Assembly (NCBI GenBank): GCA_030679255.1
Contig: JAUXTO010000030.1
Coordinates: 3,420 to 67,419, forward strand
Length of the DNA stretch: 64,000 nt
Source: Candidatus Gottesmanbacteria bacterium
GTDB lineage: Bacteria; Patescibacteriota; Microgenomatia; UBA10105; UBA927
Direction of reading: 5' to 3'
Program-made: the position numbers and the translations under genes
The notes under the pieces: model-generated
Database searches by the model: none
The model's input: the letters and a program-made list of their open reading frames with translations, nothing else
Told to the model about the DNA's origin: nothing
In this document: piece by piece, positions 1 through 9,126 of the stretch
Position numbering within the stretch: position 1 is the first letter of the stretch
Layout of the letters: the number at the start of each line of letters is the position of its first letter

Positions 1-572
1 TCCTCGACAAATAGTCGATATGTCAACTTCCCATGCATCGGAGAATTTGAAAAATAATTCCGTATGATCGTAGAATCGCTGATAGGCTTCGACTTACTAT
101 CAACATATTCACCATACGATGACCATGGATACCTCTCGAGCTCCAGCCTCAAGGCCAGGCCTTGTGGCTGAGAGTCAAACATTTCTACAGGATTGATGTG
201 AATATATCGAGAAACATGTAACAAATATTCATCAGTATCAATGGCCTTCGCCTTAAATTTACCCTGAAAAACTGCCCCTACCCTCTCATATTTTTTATTG
301 AAGTACATTGTATAGGCAGTATGAAGCCGATGAATAAATCGATCAATTGACTCATCCCCATCTTGACGGAGAAGCAGATGAACATGGTTTGGCATCAGGC
401 AGTAAGCGAGAATGGTAACTTCATGCTTTTCCCGATACTCATGTAGTCGCTTGAGGTACCTTTGATAGTCCTTGGCATCATAAAAAATAGTCTGTTTATT
501 ATGTCCACGGTTATACACGTGATAGTACCCCTGGGCCATAAAAATCGGTAATCTCGCTGACATAATGATCAT
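1..572 (-). CDS. REP-associated tyrosine transposase (RAYT) / IS200-like HUH transposase, partial (C-terminus runs off window start)
   Basis: Minus-strand ORF absent from the supplied track because it is truncated by the window edge. It translates as M(IIM)SARLPIFMAQGYYHVYNRG...LAYCLMPNHVHLLL...YIHINP...YPWSSYGEY, showing the HUH motif (NHVH) and the Tyr-region architecture of IS200/RAYT. It is paralogous to ORF 45346..46080 and carries an in-frame family-1 palindrome (QPQGLALRLE). Confidence 0.7.
   Translation of the reverse strand, partial: MIIMSARLPIFMAQGYYHVYNRGHNKQTIFYDAKDYQRYLKRLHEYREKHEVTILAYCLMPNHVHLLLRQDGDESIDRFIHRLHTAYTMYFNKKYERVGAVFQGKFKAKAIDTDEYLLHVSRYIHINPVEMFDSQPQGLALRLELERYPWSSYGEYVDSKSKPISDSTIIRNYFSNSPMHGKLTYRLFVE
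145..169. repeat. family-1 palindrome (inverse orientation) inside RAYT gene 1..572
   Basis: agcctcaaggccaggccttgtggct encodes QPQGLALRLE on the minus strand. Confidence 0.7.
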
Positions 573-592
573 TATGCACCCATCACCACTCA

Positions 593-616
593 GGCACAAG
601 GCCTGGCCTTGAGGCT
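593..616. repeat. family-1 palindrome between the divergent RAYT and DHH genes
   Basis: ggcacaaggcctggccttgaggct, 20 bp upstream of the RAYT start. Confidence 0.7.
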
Positions 617-653
617 AAACATTCTATACCAGAGAATATGCTATACTTTCAAT

Positions 654-1481
654 ATGAAAACTATTGTTACCCATATCGGACCGGATTTGGATGCCATATC
701 CGCAGTTTGGCTCGTTAAAACGCAATTTCCTGATTGGGAAGAGGCCGCAATCGCCTTTGTACCGGCGGGCACAACTCTTGATAAAAAAAACCCGGATGAA
801 AACCCCGAAATCATCCATGTCGATACAGGATTGGGAAAATTTGATCACCATCAATCGAACGCCGATACGTGCGCCGCACAGCTGGTGTATCACGAAGTCA
901 AAAAAACAAAAGGCGCAGACCCTGCGCTCGAACGGATGACGACGGTGATCAATGATCTGGATCATTTCCGTGAAGTGTTTTACCCCAACCCGACCGCGGA
1001 CTTCTGGGATTTCTCCCTTATCACACAAATAGACGGCTGGCGGCTCCTCTATTCGGATAACCCGATTAAAATAGTCAGTCTCGGCATGGAAGCGCTGGAC
1101 GGCATCTACAAATCATTTCAGAACAAAATCTGGGCGGAAAAGGAACTGGCAGAAAAAGCCGTCCACTTTGAATCTCCCTGGGGCAAAGCGTTCGGCATAG
1201 AAACTACCAACGATGAGGTCGTCCACTTGGGACAGAAAATGGGGTATACCCTCGTCATCCGCCGCGATCCCAAGAAGGGCTACGTCCGGATCAAATCCCT
1301 CCCCAGAGATGACATCGATCTGACTTCCGTCTATAATACGCTTAAAGAAAGGGACCCCGCGGCGACTTGGTTTCTCCACCCGAGCCGCCACATGATCCTT
1401 AACGGGAGCGCCAAAAATCCGGACATGAAGCCGACGACGCTGACATTGGACGAACTGATAACTATTTTAAAAAAACCATGA
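654..1481 (+). CDS. DHH-family phosphoesterase (NrnA-like), putative
   Basis: MKTIVTHIGPDLDAISAVWL is a DHH motif-I-like N-terminus and GKFDHHQS is a DHH motif. The track ORF starts at 609 inside the upstream palindrome, so 654 (MKTIV) is the more likely start. Confidence 0.5.
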   Translation: MKTIVTHIGPDLDAISAVWLVKTQFPDWEEAAIAFVPAGTTLDKKNPDENPEIIHVDTGLGKFDHHQSNADTCAAQLVYHEVKKTKGADPALERMTTVINDLDHFREVFYPNPTADFWDFSLITQIDGWRLLYSDNPIKIVSLGMEALDGIYKSFQNKIWAEKELAEKAVHFESPWGKAFGIETTNDEVVHLGQKMGYTLVIRRDPKKGYVRIKSLPRDDIDLTSVYNTLKERDPAATWFLHPSRHMILNGSAKNPDMKPTTLTLDELITILKKP

Positions 1482-1960
1482 AGCAAGAAATTATCGTCAT
1501 TAATAATCCCGACGCCAAAAACCTGATCTTCGGTCAGTCGCATTTTATTAAAACCGTCGAGGATCTCCACGAAGCATTGGTTAATACAGTTCCGGGCATC
1601 AAATTCGGTCTTGCCTTTTGCGAAGCCTCCGGCCCCAGGCTCATCCGCACAAGCGGCACGGATGAGGCGATGGTAGCATTAGCAGCAACGAACGCCAAAA
1701 CCGTCGGCTGCGGTCATACATTTTTTATATTTCTGGAAAATGCATTCCCTATCAATGTCCTCAATGCCGTAAAAATGGTACCGGAAGTCGTCCGCATCTT
1801 CGCGGCAACTGCCAATCCCCTCGAAGTCATCGTTGCCCGTACAAAGCAGGGTGGGGGGGTCCTGGGCGTCGTCGACGGCGGCCAGCCCGCAGGGATAGAA
1901 AAATCAGCAGATGTGGCATACCGCAAAGATTTTCTCCGAAAAATTGGATATAAACTTTAA
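1478..1960 (+). CDS. small conserved protein, possibly adenosine-specific kinase family (DUF355-like)
   Basis: 160 aa, with motifs GQSHF, GxAFCEASG, GCGHTF, NAFPINVLNA and GVLGVVDG. Assignment is from family memory only and is low confidence. Confidence 0.35.
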   Translation: MKQEIIVINNPDAKNLIFGQSHFIKTVEDLHEALVNTVPGIKFGLAFCEASGPRLIRTSGTDEAMVALAATNAKTVGCGHTFFIFLENAFPINVLNAVKMVPEVVRIFAATANPLEVIVARTKQGGGVLGVVDGGQPAGIEKSADVAYRKDFLRKIGYKL

Positions 1961-1980
1961 AGGGGGTGTAATTTTTATTT

Positions 1981-2172
1981 ATGGTATTTGTCAAAGCACA
2001 ACCGGGAGATACATCAGATTCACTCATCCGAAAGTTTACGCGTAAAGTCCTGACGGAAGGGATCCTCCAGGATCTCAAAAAACGTGAGTTTTATCAAAAA
2101 CCCGCGGAAATCCGCAAAGAAAAAAGCCGTGAGCTCGCTCGGCGGCTCAAGCATCCGCGACGGACGCGCTAA
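1981..2172 (+). CDS. rpsU: 30S ribosomal protein S21
   Basis: 63 aa, basic, with the REFYQKP motif typical of S21. Confidence 0.8.
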   Translation: MVFVKAQPGDTSDSLIRKFTRKVLTEGILQDLKKREFYQKPAEIRKEKSRELARRLKHPRRTR

Positions 2173-2194
2173 CGGTCATCACTACTACGACAGT

Positions 2195-2644
2195 ATGTTG
2201 CTCGATGAGATTAAAACATCAATCACGACAGCCCTCAAAGCCGGGGATGGCAGGCGTGTTGCGACGCTCAGATTTCTAGTGGCAGCTGTTGGCAACCTAG
2301 CCATTGCCAAATACGGAGCCGGGAGTGAAACAGGGCTCACCGTTGCGGACGTGTTGGACGTCATCAAACGCCAGACAAAAACACATAAGGAATCCATAGA
2401 GGCATTTACCAAAGCCGCACGAACAGAACTTGCTGCAAAAGAATCCGAAGAGCTTGCTATTCTGGAGAGTTATCTTCCGCAGCAACTGACGGATGAACAG
2501 CTGAAAAAACTTCTTGAACCTGTTGCCGCTTCAGGAGAAGTCAATTTTGGTTTACTCATGGGTAAAGCCATGGCCGCGGTCAAGGGTCAGGCAGATGGAG
2601 GTAGAGTATCTTCGGTTCTGAAACAAATGCTTCCACCATCATGA
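2195..2644 (+). CDS. GatB/YqeY domain protein
   Basis: MLLDEIKTSITTALKAGD...RFLVAA... is a YqeY-like helical protein. The track ORF start at 2084 overlaps rpsU, so internal M at 2195 is preferred. Confidence 0.7.
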   Translation: MLLDEIKTSITTALKAGDGRRVATLRFLVAAVGNLAIAKYGAGSETGLTVADVLDVIKRQTKTHKESIEAFTKAARTELAAKESEELAILESYLPQQLTDEQLKKLLEPVAASGEVNFGLLMGKAMAAVKGQADGGRVSSVLKQMLPPS

Positions 2645-3039
2645 TCACCATCCTTTTCCAAACCGAAACCCACTATCCGGTGAACCGTAAAAAAGTGAGA
2701 GATGCCCTCATAGCTTCCCTGGAAAAAAAGATCAAACACCCCGTCGAAGTGAGTGTCGCAATTATCGGCGACCGCAAAATGAAGGCGCTCAACCGTACAT
2801 ACCGCAAAATCGATGCCTCTACGGATGTCCTCTCGTTTCCCTTCAATGATCCTGCGTATACCAAAGGTCAGGGATTTGTCGACGCGCCGGATCATGTGCT
2901 TCGTCTGGGCGACATCATCATTTCTTACCCGCAGGCTGTAGCCACAGCAACTGAGGAAAACAAACTCGTCGATGAGGTCATCGTATCACTCGCCCTTCAC
3001 GGCCTGGACCACCTGCTGGGGATCCACCACGAAGAATAA
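2641..3039 (+). CDS. ybeY: rRNA maturation endoribonuclease YbeY
   Basis: C-terminal HGLDHLLGIHH metal-binding motif, 132 aa. Confidence 0.85.
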   Translation: MITILFQTETHYPVNRKKVRDALIASLEKKIKHPVEVSVAIIGDRKMKALNRTYRKIDASTDVLSFPFNDPAYTKGQGFVDAPDHVLRLGDIIISYPQAVATATEENKLVDEVIVSLALHGLDHLLGIHHEE

Positions 3040-3133
3040 ATAAGGAATAATTGAATAAGGAAATAAGTAAATGAAAAACGCTTCTATCATTCATTATTCG
3101 TTTATTCTATTATTTACTTATTCGTTTATTTAA
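3040..3133. repeat. AT-rich ~95-bp interleaved inverted-repeat element (family 5), likely terminator between ybeY and dnaX
   Basis: Arms aataaggaataat / aaataagtaaat pair with cattattcg / atttacttattc. A second copy lies at 27975..28073. Confidence 0.6.
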
Positions 3134-3134
3134 T

Positions 3135-4625
3135 ATGTCTTTCTATCGAATCTATCGCCCGAAGGTATTGGATGAAATAGATAATGCCACGGTCCGGCAC
3201 ACGGTCGAGTTACTCCTCACCAAGCCCAAAACTGAGCTTCCGCATGCATACCTCCTTGTGGGCCCCAGAGGAACCGGTAAAACGACCACCGCGCGTGTCA
3301 TCGCCAAACTTTTCAATTGCGAGCATCCGACCAAATCCGGGGCTCCGTGTGGTAGCTGCGGACCATGTAAAGCAATCGCGGGCGGTCGGCATTTGGATGT
3401 CATGGAGATCGATGCAGCGAGCAATACCGGAGTGGATAATATCCGGGACCTGCGCGACCGCGTGGCCCTCGCTCCTGCTCAGGCCGTATGGAAAATCTAT
3501 ATCATCGACGAGGTACACATGCTTTCGACGGGCGCGTTTAACGCGCTCCTCAAGACGCTCGAGGAGCCCCCGACCCATGCGATTTTTATCCTCGCTACGA
3601 CCGACCCGCAAAAGATCCCGGCGACGGTCGTTTCCCGCTGCCAGGTTGTCTCATTTGGCAAAGCGCAAGCTCCAGATATCACCCACGCGCTTGAGCGGAT
3701 TATCGCGCAGGAAAAGATGAAGATAGACGCCGATGCGCTTTCCCTCATCGTGGACTCTGCGGATGGCTCATTCCGTGACGCCGTCAAAAACCTAGAGCAA
3801 ATCAGTTTTCATAAAGGCACGATTACGGTTGATGTGGTCAGAAGCAATCTGGGCATCGGGGCGCATACAGCCCGTGATACATTTCTTGCTAATATTTTGG
3901 CTCACGACACCAATGCAGCGCTTGGGAACGTCCAAAACGCAGTGAAAGAGGGAATAGACATCAAAGTGTTTCTTGTGGATTGCCTCCGTGAACTTGAACA
4001 CCGTCTGGTAGACCACGTTATCACAAAAAATACCGCCGGAACGATCCACCTCCGGACGCTCATCGAATGTTTCTCCGACGCGTATTCCCAACTTCGTACG
4101 AGCCCGATTCCGGAACTTCCGCTGGAGCTTGCCGTCGTAGAGTATTGTGAACAAAAAAATGAAAAGATTTCTCCGATCATCAATACACCTTTATCCGTCA
4201 TTCCGGGCTTGCTGCGCCCATCCGAAGCTTCCAGCGAAGGAGGGATCCGGAATCCAGTTCCCAAATTGCTGGATCCCGACCCGCTTCGACGTAGCGAGGC
4301 GAGCTCGCTGGCCGGGATGACAAAAAAAGAACCATCATCCGAACCGATTTCCACCGAAACCCTCGGTCTCATCACACGCGAAAAACTTATCGAGCATTGG
4401 AAAGACGTGATCGATGAACTCAAACCCTTTAATCATTCTGTTGCGGGGGTCATGCGCTCCACTAGACCCAAGGAGGTCGTTGATGGTATAGTCACCATAG
4501 AGGCATTTTATAAATTCCATCAGGAAAAATTGTCCGAAGTCAAAACGCGCGAAGTGATTGCAGGGGTTCTCAAAAAATTATTTGGTGAAAAGGTGAGAGT
4601 AGAGGTGGTGCTGGGAAAAAAATAG
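3135..4625 (+). CDS. dnaX: DNA polymerase III subunit gamma/tau
   Basis: Walker A GPRGTGKTT, zinc module CGSCGPC, IDEVHML and SRCQ motifs. Contains a ~124-bp family-3 palindromic element in frame at 4198..4321. Confidence 0.9.
   Translation: MSFYRIYRPKVLDEIDNATVRHTVELLLTKPKTELPHAYLLVGPRGTGKTTTARVIAKLFNCEHPTKSGAPCGSCGPCKAIAGGRHLDVMEIDAASNTGVDNIRDLRDRVALAPAQAVWKIYIIDEVHMLSTGAFNALLKTLEEPPTHAIFILATTDPQKIPATVVSRCQVVSFGKAQAPDITHALERIIAQEKMKIDADALSLIVDSADGSFRDAVKNLEQISFHKGTITVDVVRSNLGIGAHTARDTFLANILAHDTNAALGNVQNAVKEGIDIKVFLVDCLRELEHRLVDHVITKNTAGTIHLRTLIECFSDAYSQLRTSPIPELPLELAVVEYCEQKNEKISPIINTPLSVIPGLLRPSEASSEGGIRNPVPKLLDPDPLRRSEASSLAGMTKKEPSSEPISTETLGLITREKLIEHWKDVIDELKPFNHSVAGVMRSTRPKEVVDGIVTIEAFYKFHQEKLSEVKTREVIAGVLKKLFGEKVRVEVVLGKK
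4198..4321. repeat. family-3 composite palindromic element (GTCATYCCGGC...GCCGGGATGAC) inside dnaX, in frame
   Basis: gtcattccgggc...ggatccggaatcc...ctggatcc...gcgaggcgagc...gccgggatgac. Homologous copies at 8157, 16987, 17507 and 59326. Confidence 0.65.
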
Positions 4626-4719
4626 TGTTGCAGTTCACACTATATTTTATTTCCTAGATTGGGAGTATTTGATTATTGGTACTATTGGGAGTATTCTTTT
4701 CGACGGAAGGAGAAAAGCT

Positions 4720-4986
4720 ATGATGAATCCATTTAAGGCGTTGGGAGACATGAACGCGATGCGCAAGCAAGCCATGGCCATCCAACAGGCGCTCGAAGGC
4801 GAGGAGTTTGAAGTGACCCAGGGCTCTGTCCGCGTCGTTATCACCGGCAACCAAAATGTGAAAGTAGTGGAGGTCGATGGGATGCCAAACGAAGATTTCA
4901 AACGCGCGATCAATGACGCAATCAAAAGAAGCCAACAGGCAGCAGCAGGAAAGTTAGCAGAGTTGTCCAAAAATTTTCAACAGTAA
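4720..4986 (+). CDS. ybaB: nucleoid-associated protein YbaB/EbfC
   Basis: MMNPFKALGDMNAMRKQAMAIQ... is typical YbaB. It follows dnaX as in most bacteria. Confidence 0.8.
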   Translation: MMNPFKALGDMNAMRKQAMAIQQALEGEEFEVTQGSVRVVITGNQNVKVVEVDGMPNEDFKRAINDAIKRSQQAAAGKLAELSKNFQQ

Positions 4987-5100
4987 GCACCTAGCATCAA
5001 AATCCAAGCACCAAACAAGAACAAACAAGAAGTAACTGGGTTGTTTATATATTGATGCTTGTATTTGTTTGTTTGGTACTTGGTGCTTGATGCTTGGAAT
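4985..5100. repeat. family-4 long imperfect hairpin (CCAAGCACCAAA / TTTGGTGCTTGG motifs)
   Basis: Left arm atccaagcaccaaacaagaacaaacaag pairs with right arm cttgtatttgtttgtttggtacttggtgcttgatgcttgg. Related copies at 26163, 43882 and 58254. Confidence 0.6.
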
Positions 5101-5106
5101 TTATAC

Positions 5107-6171
5107 ATGCAGGTTATTGTCACCGGCTCATTGGGCTTCGACTACATCATGGACTTTCCGGGACGGTTTGCCGACCGGATCATGCCGGATAATATCCATA
5201 AACTTTCGTTAAGTTTTCTCGTTGATAAACTTTCTAAACAATTCGGCGGTGTTGCGGGCAACATCGCCTATACACTCAAACTCCTTGGTGTCGATCCTCT
5301 CATTGTCGCCTGTGTAGGCAATGATTTTGCTCCATATAAAACACATCTCAACGATCATCAACTCAGCACGAAATGGATAAAAGAATTTAAAAATGAATCA
5401 TGCAGTCTCTACTCCGTTGTCACTGACCAGGACGATAACCAAATTGGTTCGTATTTCGTGGGAGCCATGAAACATGCAAAAGAATTATCTTTGCAAGACA
5501 TCGTCTTGCGAGGCAAGACGATGTCTTATGAAAATTTCGTCGTCATCTCTCCCACAGATCCCAAAGCTATGATCAAATACGTCAAAGAATGCCGATCACT
5601 CAAGATCCGGTACCTCTATGATCCGGCATTCCAGATTGCGACATTCTCACCAGAGGAACTCAAGGAGGGAATTACCGGCGCGGCCCTTTTCATCGGTAAC
5701 GACTATGAAATCTCCCTTGTGGAAAATCGCCTCGGCATCTCCCATGATGAGCTTCTCGCCATGGCGCCAGTCGTCATCACGACCCTGGGAGCCAAAGGCT
5801 CCATCATCGAGACCCGCAAGGAAGCCATCCACGTTGCTCCCGCCAAACCCAAAAATACCAGCGACCCGACTGGAGCGGGGGACGCCTACCGCGGGGGCTT
5901 CCTCGCCGGATACATAAAAGCTCTAGGCACAAGGCCAGGCCTTGAGGTTAGACAGCTTTCGGTTTCCCCAGGCACAAAACTGCACACTCTAGGCACAAGG
6001 CCTGGCCTTGAGGCTACGTTGTCCGCTGATGAACTTCTTGTCTGCGGTCAGATGGGCTCGGTCGCCGCCGTCTACACGGTCGAGACCTACGGCACCCAGA
6101 CCCACGCCTTCACGAAAAAAGAATTTGCAGCGCGTTATAAGGCCAACTTTGGGCTCCCGATCTCGTTATGA
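5107..6171 (+). CDS. PfkB-family carbohydrate/nucleoside kinase (putative adenosine kinase)
   Basis: PfkB signature DPTGAGDAYRGGFLAGY. Two family-1 palindromes are inserted in frame (GTRPGLEV...GTRPGLEA) after the signature. Neighbouring ahcY suggests an adenosine substrate. Confidence 0.75.
   Translation: MQVIVTGSLGFDYIMDFPGRFADRIMPDNIHKLSLSFLVDKLSKQFGGVAGNIAYTLKLLGVDPLIVACVGNDFAPYKTHLNDHQLSTKWIKEFKNESCSLYSVVTDQDDNQIGSYFVGAMKHAKELSLQDIVLRGKTMSYENFVVISPTDPKAMIKYVKECRSLKIRYLYDPAFQIATFSPEELKEGITGAALFIGNDYEISLVENRLGISHDELLAMAPVVITTLGAKGSIIETRKEAIHVAPAKPKNTSDPTGAGDAYRGGFLAGYIKALGTRPGLEVRQLSVSPGTKLHTLGTRPGLEATLSADELLVCGQMGSVAAVYTVETYGTQTHAFTKKEFAARYKANFGLPISL
5927..5950. repeat. family-1 palindrome GGCACAAGGCCWGGCCTTGAGGYT (copy in PfkB kinase CDS)
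   Basis: ggcacaaggccaggccttgaggtt. Confidence 0.7.
5993..6016. repeat. family-1 palindrome (second copy in PfkB kinase CDS)
   Basis: ggcacaaggcctggccttgaggct. A partial copy ggcacaaaac lies at 5971. Confidence 0.7.
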
Positions 6172-6191
6172 CTTTATAGACTTTATTAACT

Positions 6192-6740
6192 ATGACTCCC
6201 GGCCAAACCATCAAAACATTCACAACTAAAAAAGGCAATACTGTCGTCATCCGGTATCCCAAATGGGAAGATTTGGATGACGTACTCGCCTTTGCCAATA
6301 ATCTTGTTGAAGAAGAAGCTCTCCTTGCCCTTTCCAAAAAACAAACGCGTGCAGAGGAAGCGAAGTGGATGGCGGATACATTTGAAAAAATCGAAACCGG
6401 AAAAAAAATTAAACTTGTGGCCGTGGTGAATGGAAAGTATGCCGGCAACTGCGAGATTCGCATCCATGACAATCGGGAATCTCACGTTGGTGACATCGGC
6501 ATCGCATTGAGCAAAGACTACCGCGATGAAGGTATCGGCGCCGAGCTTCTCACGACACTCATTGCCCAAGGAAAAAACGCTGGTCTCAAACTTCTCATTC
6601 TTTACTGTTATGAAAACAATGATCGCGCTCTCCATCTCTATGAAAAATTGGGATTTACTCGTTCCGGCCTCGTCCCGGGAACCTTCGCATATAAAGGAAG
6701 CTACATTGGAGATGTCACTTTGTACTTGCCTCTCAAATAG
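6192..6740 (+). CDS. GNAT-family N-acetyltransferase
   Basis: 182 aa with an acetyl-CoA binding-like segment (GIGAELL...GK). Confidence 0.7.
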   Translation: MTPGQTIKTFTTKKGNTVVIRYPKWEDLDDVLAFANNLVEEEALLALSKKQTRAEEAKWMADTFEKIETGKKIKLVAVVNGKYAGNCEIRIHDNRESHVGDIGIALSKDYRDEGIGAELLTTLIAQGKNAGLKLLILYCYENNDRALHLYEKLGFTRSGLVPGTFAYKGSYIGDVTLYLPLK

Positions 6741-6814
6741 TTTAGCCCTTTACAACAATATAAAATCCAATAGTTTTGTAAGTATTATAGGGTAAGAAAT
6801 GTACCAATCTACGC

Positions 6815-6843
6815 TTGACACGGTCAAACCAATACTGTTATAC
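6815..6843 (+). promoter_or_regulatory. sigma70-like promoter upstream of ahcY
   Basis: TTGACA, 17-bp spacer, TTATAC, about 30 bp upstream of the ahcY ATG. Confidence 0.4.
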
Positions 6844-6875
6844 ATGAAGATATTCTGTCCAAAGAAAGGAACTAT

Positions 6876-8144
6876 ATGAAAAATTCTCTCTCTCATGATG
6901 TCGCTAATCTCAAACTTGCCCCGGAGGGCAAAAAGAAAATCGAGTGGGCAGGGCAAAACAGCCCGGTCCTCAATCTCATTACAGAAGAATTCTCCAGAAC
7001 CAAACCGCTGAAGGGGCTCACGATCGCCGCATGCCTCCACGTCACAAGCGAAACCGCCAATCTTATGTTGGCGTATGTGGCAGGTGGTGCCAAAGTCGTC
7101 CTGTGTGCCAGCAACCCGTTATCCACGCAGGATATGGTCGCCGCGTCGCTCGTCGTAGACTACGGTATCCCGGTGTTTGCCATCCATGGGGAAGATAAAA
7201 AAACATATTACCAACATCTCAATAAAGCGCTTGATTTCCATCCAAATCTTACTACTGATGATGGAGCGGATCTCGTATCGCTGCTTCATACGGAGCGTAC
7301 CAAGCAGCTTGTTGAACTCATTGGAAGCGCTGAGGAAACCACGACCGGCGTCATCCGACTTAAAGCTATGGCCCACGATAAAGCACTCAAGATTCCTGTC
7401 CTTGCCATCAACGAAAGCGATACGAAGCATCTGTTTGACAACCGCTACGGTACGGGCCAGTCAACGGTGGACGGCATCATCCGGACGACGAATATCCTTC
7501 TTGCCGGCAAACGCGTGGTCGTATGCGGTTACGGCTGGTGCAGCCGGGGCATTGCTTCCCGCATGCGCGGAATGGGCGCAATCGTCACGGTGACGGAAGT
7601 TGATCCCGTCAAAGCACTTGAGGCGGTCATGGACGGATTCACCGTCGATCAGATCGGCCGGGCTGTGCGCTACGGCGACGTATTCGTTTCGGCCACAGGA
7701 GACAAGCAGGTTATCACCCTCGCCCACATGAAACGGATGAAGGATGGCGCGATCCTTGCTAACTCCGGTCACTTCAATGTGGAGTTTGACTATGACGGAC
7801 TCGTGAAACTTGCCAAATCACGAAGGATTTTGCGCAATAATCTCGAGGAGCTCGTCCTTCCAACGGGCAAACGACTCTACGCCCTCGGCGAGGGGAGACT
7901 TATTAATTTGGCAGGCGCCGAAGGACACCCGGCGGAAGTCATGGATATGAGCTTTGCCAACCAGGCCTTGGGAGCCGCGTGGTTTGTGAAGCGCAAGGGC
8001 ACGCTGCAGCCCAAAGTCTACGTGCTTCCGAAAGACGTGGATCAGCGCGTTGCCCGTCTCAAACTCCGTGCCATGGGGATGCGCTTTGACCGGTTGACCC
8101 AAATCCAGCGCAAGTACCTACATAGCTGGACGGAAGGGACATAA
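6876..8144 (+). CDS. ahcY: S-adenosyl-L-homocysteine hydrolase (adenosylhomocysteinase)
   Basis: 422 aa, NAD-binding GYGWCSRG (cf. canonical GYGDVGKG), and an N-terminal substrate domain typical of AhcY. Confidence 0.9.
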   Translation: MKNSLSHDVANLKLAPEGKKKIEWAGQNSPVLNLITEEFSRTKPLKGLTIAACLHVTSETANLMLAYVAGGAKVVLCASNPLSTQDMVAASLVVDYGIPVFAIHGEDKKTYYQHLNKALDFHPNLTTDDGADLVSLLHTERTKQLVELIGSAEETTTGVIRLKAMAHDKALKIPVLAINESDTKHLFDNRYGTGQSTVDGIIRTTNILLAGKRVVVCGYGWCSRGIASRMRGMGAIVTVTEVDPVKALEAVMDGFTVDQIGRAVRYGDVFVSATGDKQVITLAHMKRMKDGAILANSGHFNVEFDYDGLVKLAKSRRILRNNLEELVLPTGKRLYALGEGRLINLAGAEGHPAEVMDMSFANQALGAAWFVKRKGTLQPKVYVLPKDVDQRVARLKLRAMGMRFDRLTQIQRKYLHSWTEGT

Positions 8145-8156
8145 ACGACCACGTTC

Positions 8157-8250
8157 GTCATTCCCGCGTACGCTCGCCTCGCTGGAGCTCCGGCGAAGCG
8201 GGCGGGAATCCAGAGTAAAAACACTGGATCCCGGCCTTCGCCGGGATGAC
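8157..8250. repeat. family-3 composite palindromic element (intergenic copy)
   Basis: gtcattcccgcg...gcgggaatcc agagtaaaaacactgg atcccggccttcgccgggatgac. Imperfect terminal inverted repeats GTCATYCCSGCG. Confidence 0.65.
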
Positions 8251-8259
8251 AATATTTCC

Positions 8260-8802
8260 ATGTCATTGCTATCAATACTATTCACCGCTCTCAACCTTTC
8301 CTTTGCCCTCCTCATTTTTTTCCTGACCCTTGCCTTTGCAACCGGTGCGCCATTCGTGCGGTCCAATAAAAAGGCGGTGGACGCCATGATCCGGCTCGCG
8401 CGCCTCAAGCCCGGCATGAAGGTGTACGATCTGGGCTCCGGCGATGGCACGCTTCTTTTTCGTGCAGCCGACCTTGGAGCAATTGCAGTTGGACTGGAAA
8501 TCAATCCCTTCCTCGTCCTGTGGACAAATATAAAAATTCTTCTCTCATTAGACAGAAATAGAGTTACCGTCCGGTGGCAAAACTTCTGGCGCACCGATAT
8601 TCATGACGCAGACGTCGTCTTCGTCTATCTCCTCCCGTGGCGGATGGAAAAACTCGCAACAAAATTAGAAAATGAACTCAAGCCTGGTAGCCTCGTCATC
8701 TCCAACAGTTTTATTTTCCCAAACTGGAAAATTCTTCGCAGCGATGAATCCAGCCACATCTACGTATTTAAAATTATTGACAACCCATCCTCTTCGGCGT
8801 AA
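8260..8802 (+). CDS. class I SAM-dependent methyltransferase (small, N-terminal TM helix)
   Basis: Motif I VYDLGSGDGTLL and post-I DLGAIAVGLE. Confidence 0.55.
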   Translation: MSLLSILFTALNLSFALLIFFLTLAFATGAPFVRSNKKAVDAMIRLARLKPGMKVYDLGSGDGTLLFRAADLGAIAVGLEINPFLVLWTNIKILLSLDRNRVTVRWQNFWRTDIHDADVVFVYLLPWRMEKLATKLENELKPGSLVISNSFIFPNWKILRSDESSHIYVFKIIDNPSSSA

Positions 8803-8811
8803 AGTAACATT

Positions 8812-9126
8812 ATGATTACTGACGCAGATATCAAGAAACTCAAAAAAGTCTTTGCCACCAAGGATGATCTGAAACAGTTTGCCACCAAGGATGATCTGAA
8901 ACAGTTTGCAACGAAAGAGGACTTCAACACCATGGAAAGAACATTGAGAGGCGATATCGCAAACGACCTTAAGTACATGGAAGCCAGATTAAGAAAAAAC
9001 ATTGTTGACGATGTCGCAGATATGTTGCAGGAGAGTGTTATCAATCTGTTGAGCCAACACGAAGAACGAATCGACCGCTTGGAAAAGCACGTTGGCGGTT
9101 TTCCAGCAATCGCGAGCGCCAGTTGA
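8812..9126 (+). CDS. hypothetical small protein with FATKDDLKQ tandem repeats
   Basis: Three 9-aa repeats (27-bp DNA tandem) followed by a charged helical tail. A paralogue lies at 56988..57269. Confidence 0.5.
   Translation: MITDADIKKLKKVFATKDDLKQFATKDDLKQFATKEDFNTMERTLRGDIANDLKYMEARLRKNIVDDVADMLQESVINLLSQHEERIDRLEKHVGGFPAIASAS

Noticed and set aside
624-1028. Antisense and overlapping ORFs from the six-frame track, for example 624..1028 -, 3184..3720 +, 19316..20029 +, 46480..47118 +, 52163..52762 -.
   Set aside because: They lie entirely inside well-supported genes on the opposite strand or in an alternate frame. They have no motifs and biased composition. Treated as shadow ORFs.
2084-2194. 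N-terminal extension of the GatB/YqeY ORF.
   Set aside because: It overlaps the rpsU coding region in another frame. Internal Met at 2195 gives a normal-length YqeY.
5059-5106. Upstream start of the PfkB kinase ORF.
   Set aside because: It falls inside the family-4 hairpin and adds a non-conserved hydrophobic stretch. MQVIVTGS at 5107 matches PfkB N-termini.
6745-6875. Possible SAH riboswitch upstream of ahcY.
   Set aside because: The 5' UTR after the predicted promoter is only about 35 nt, too short for the ~80-nt SAH element. No conserved pseudoknot motifs were seen.
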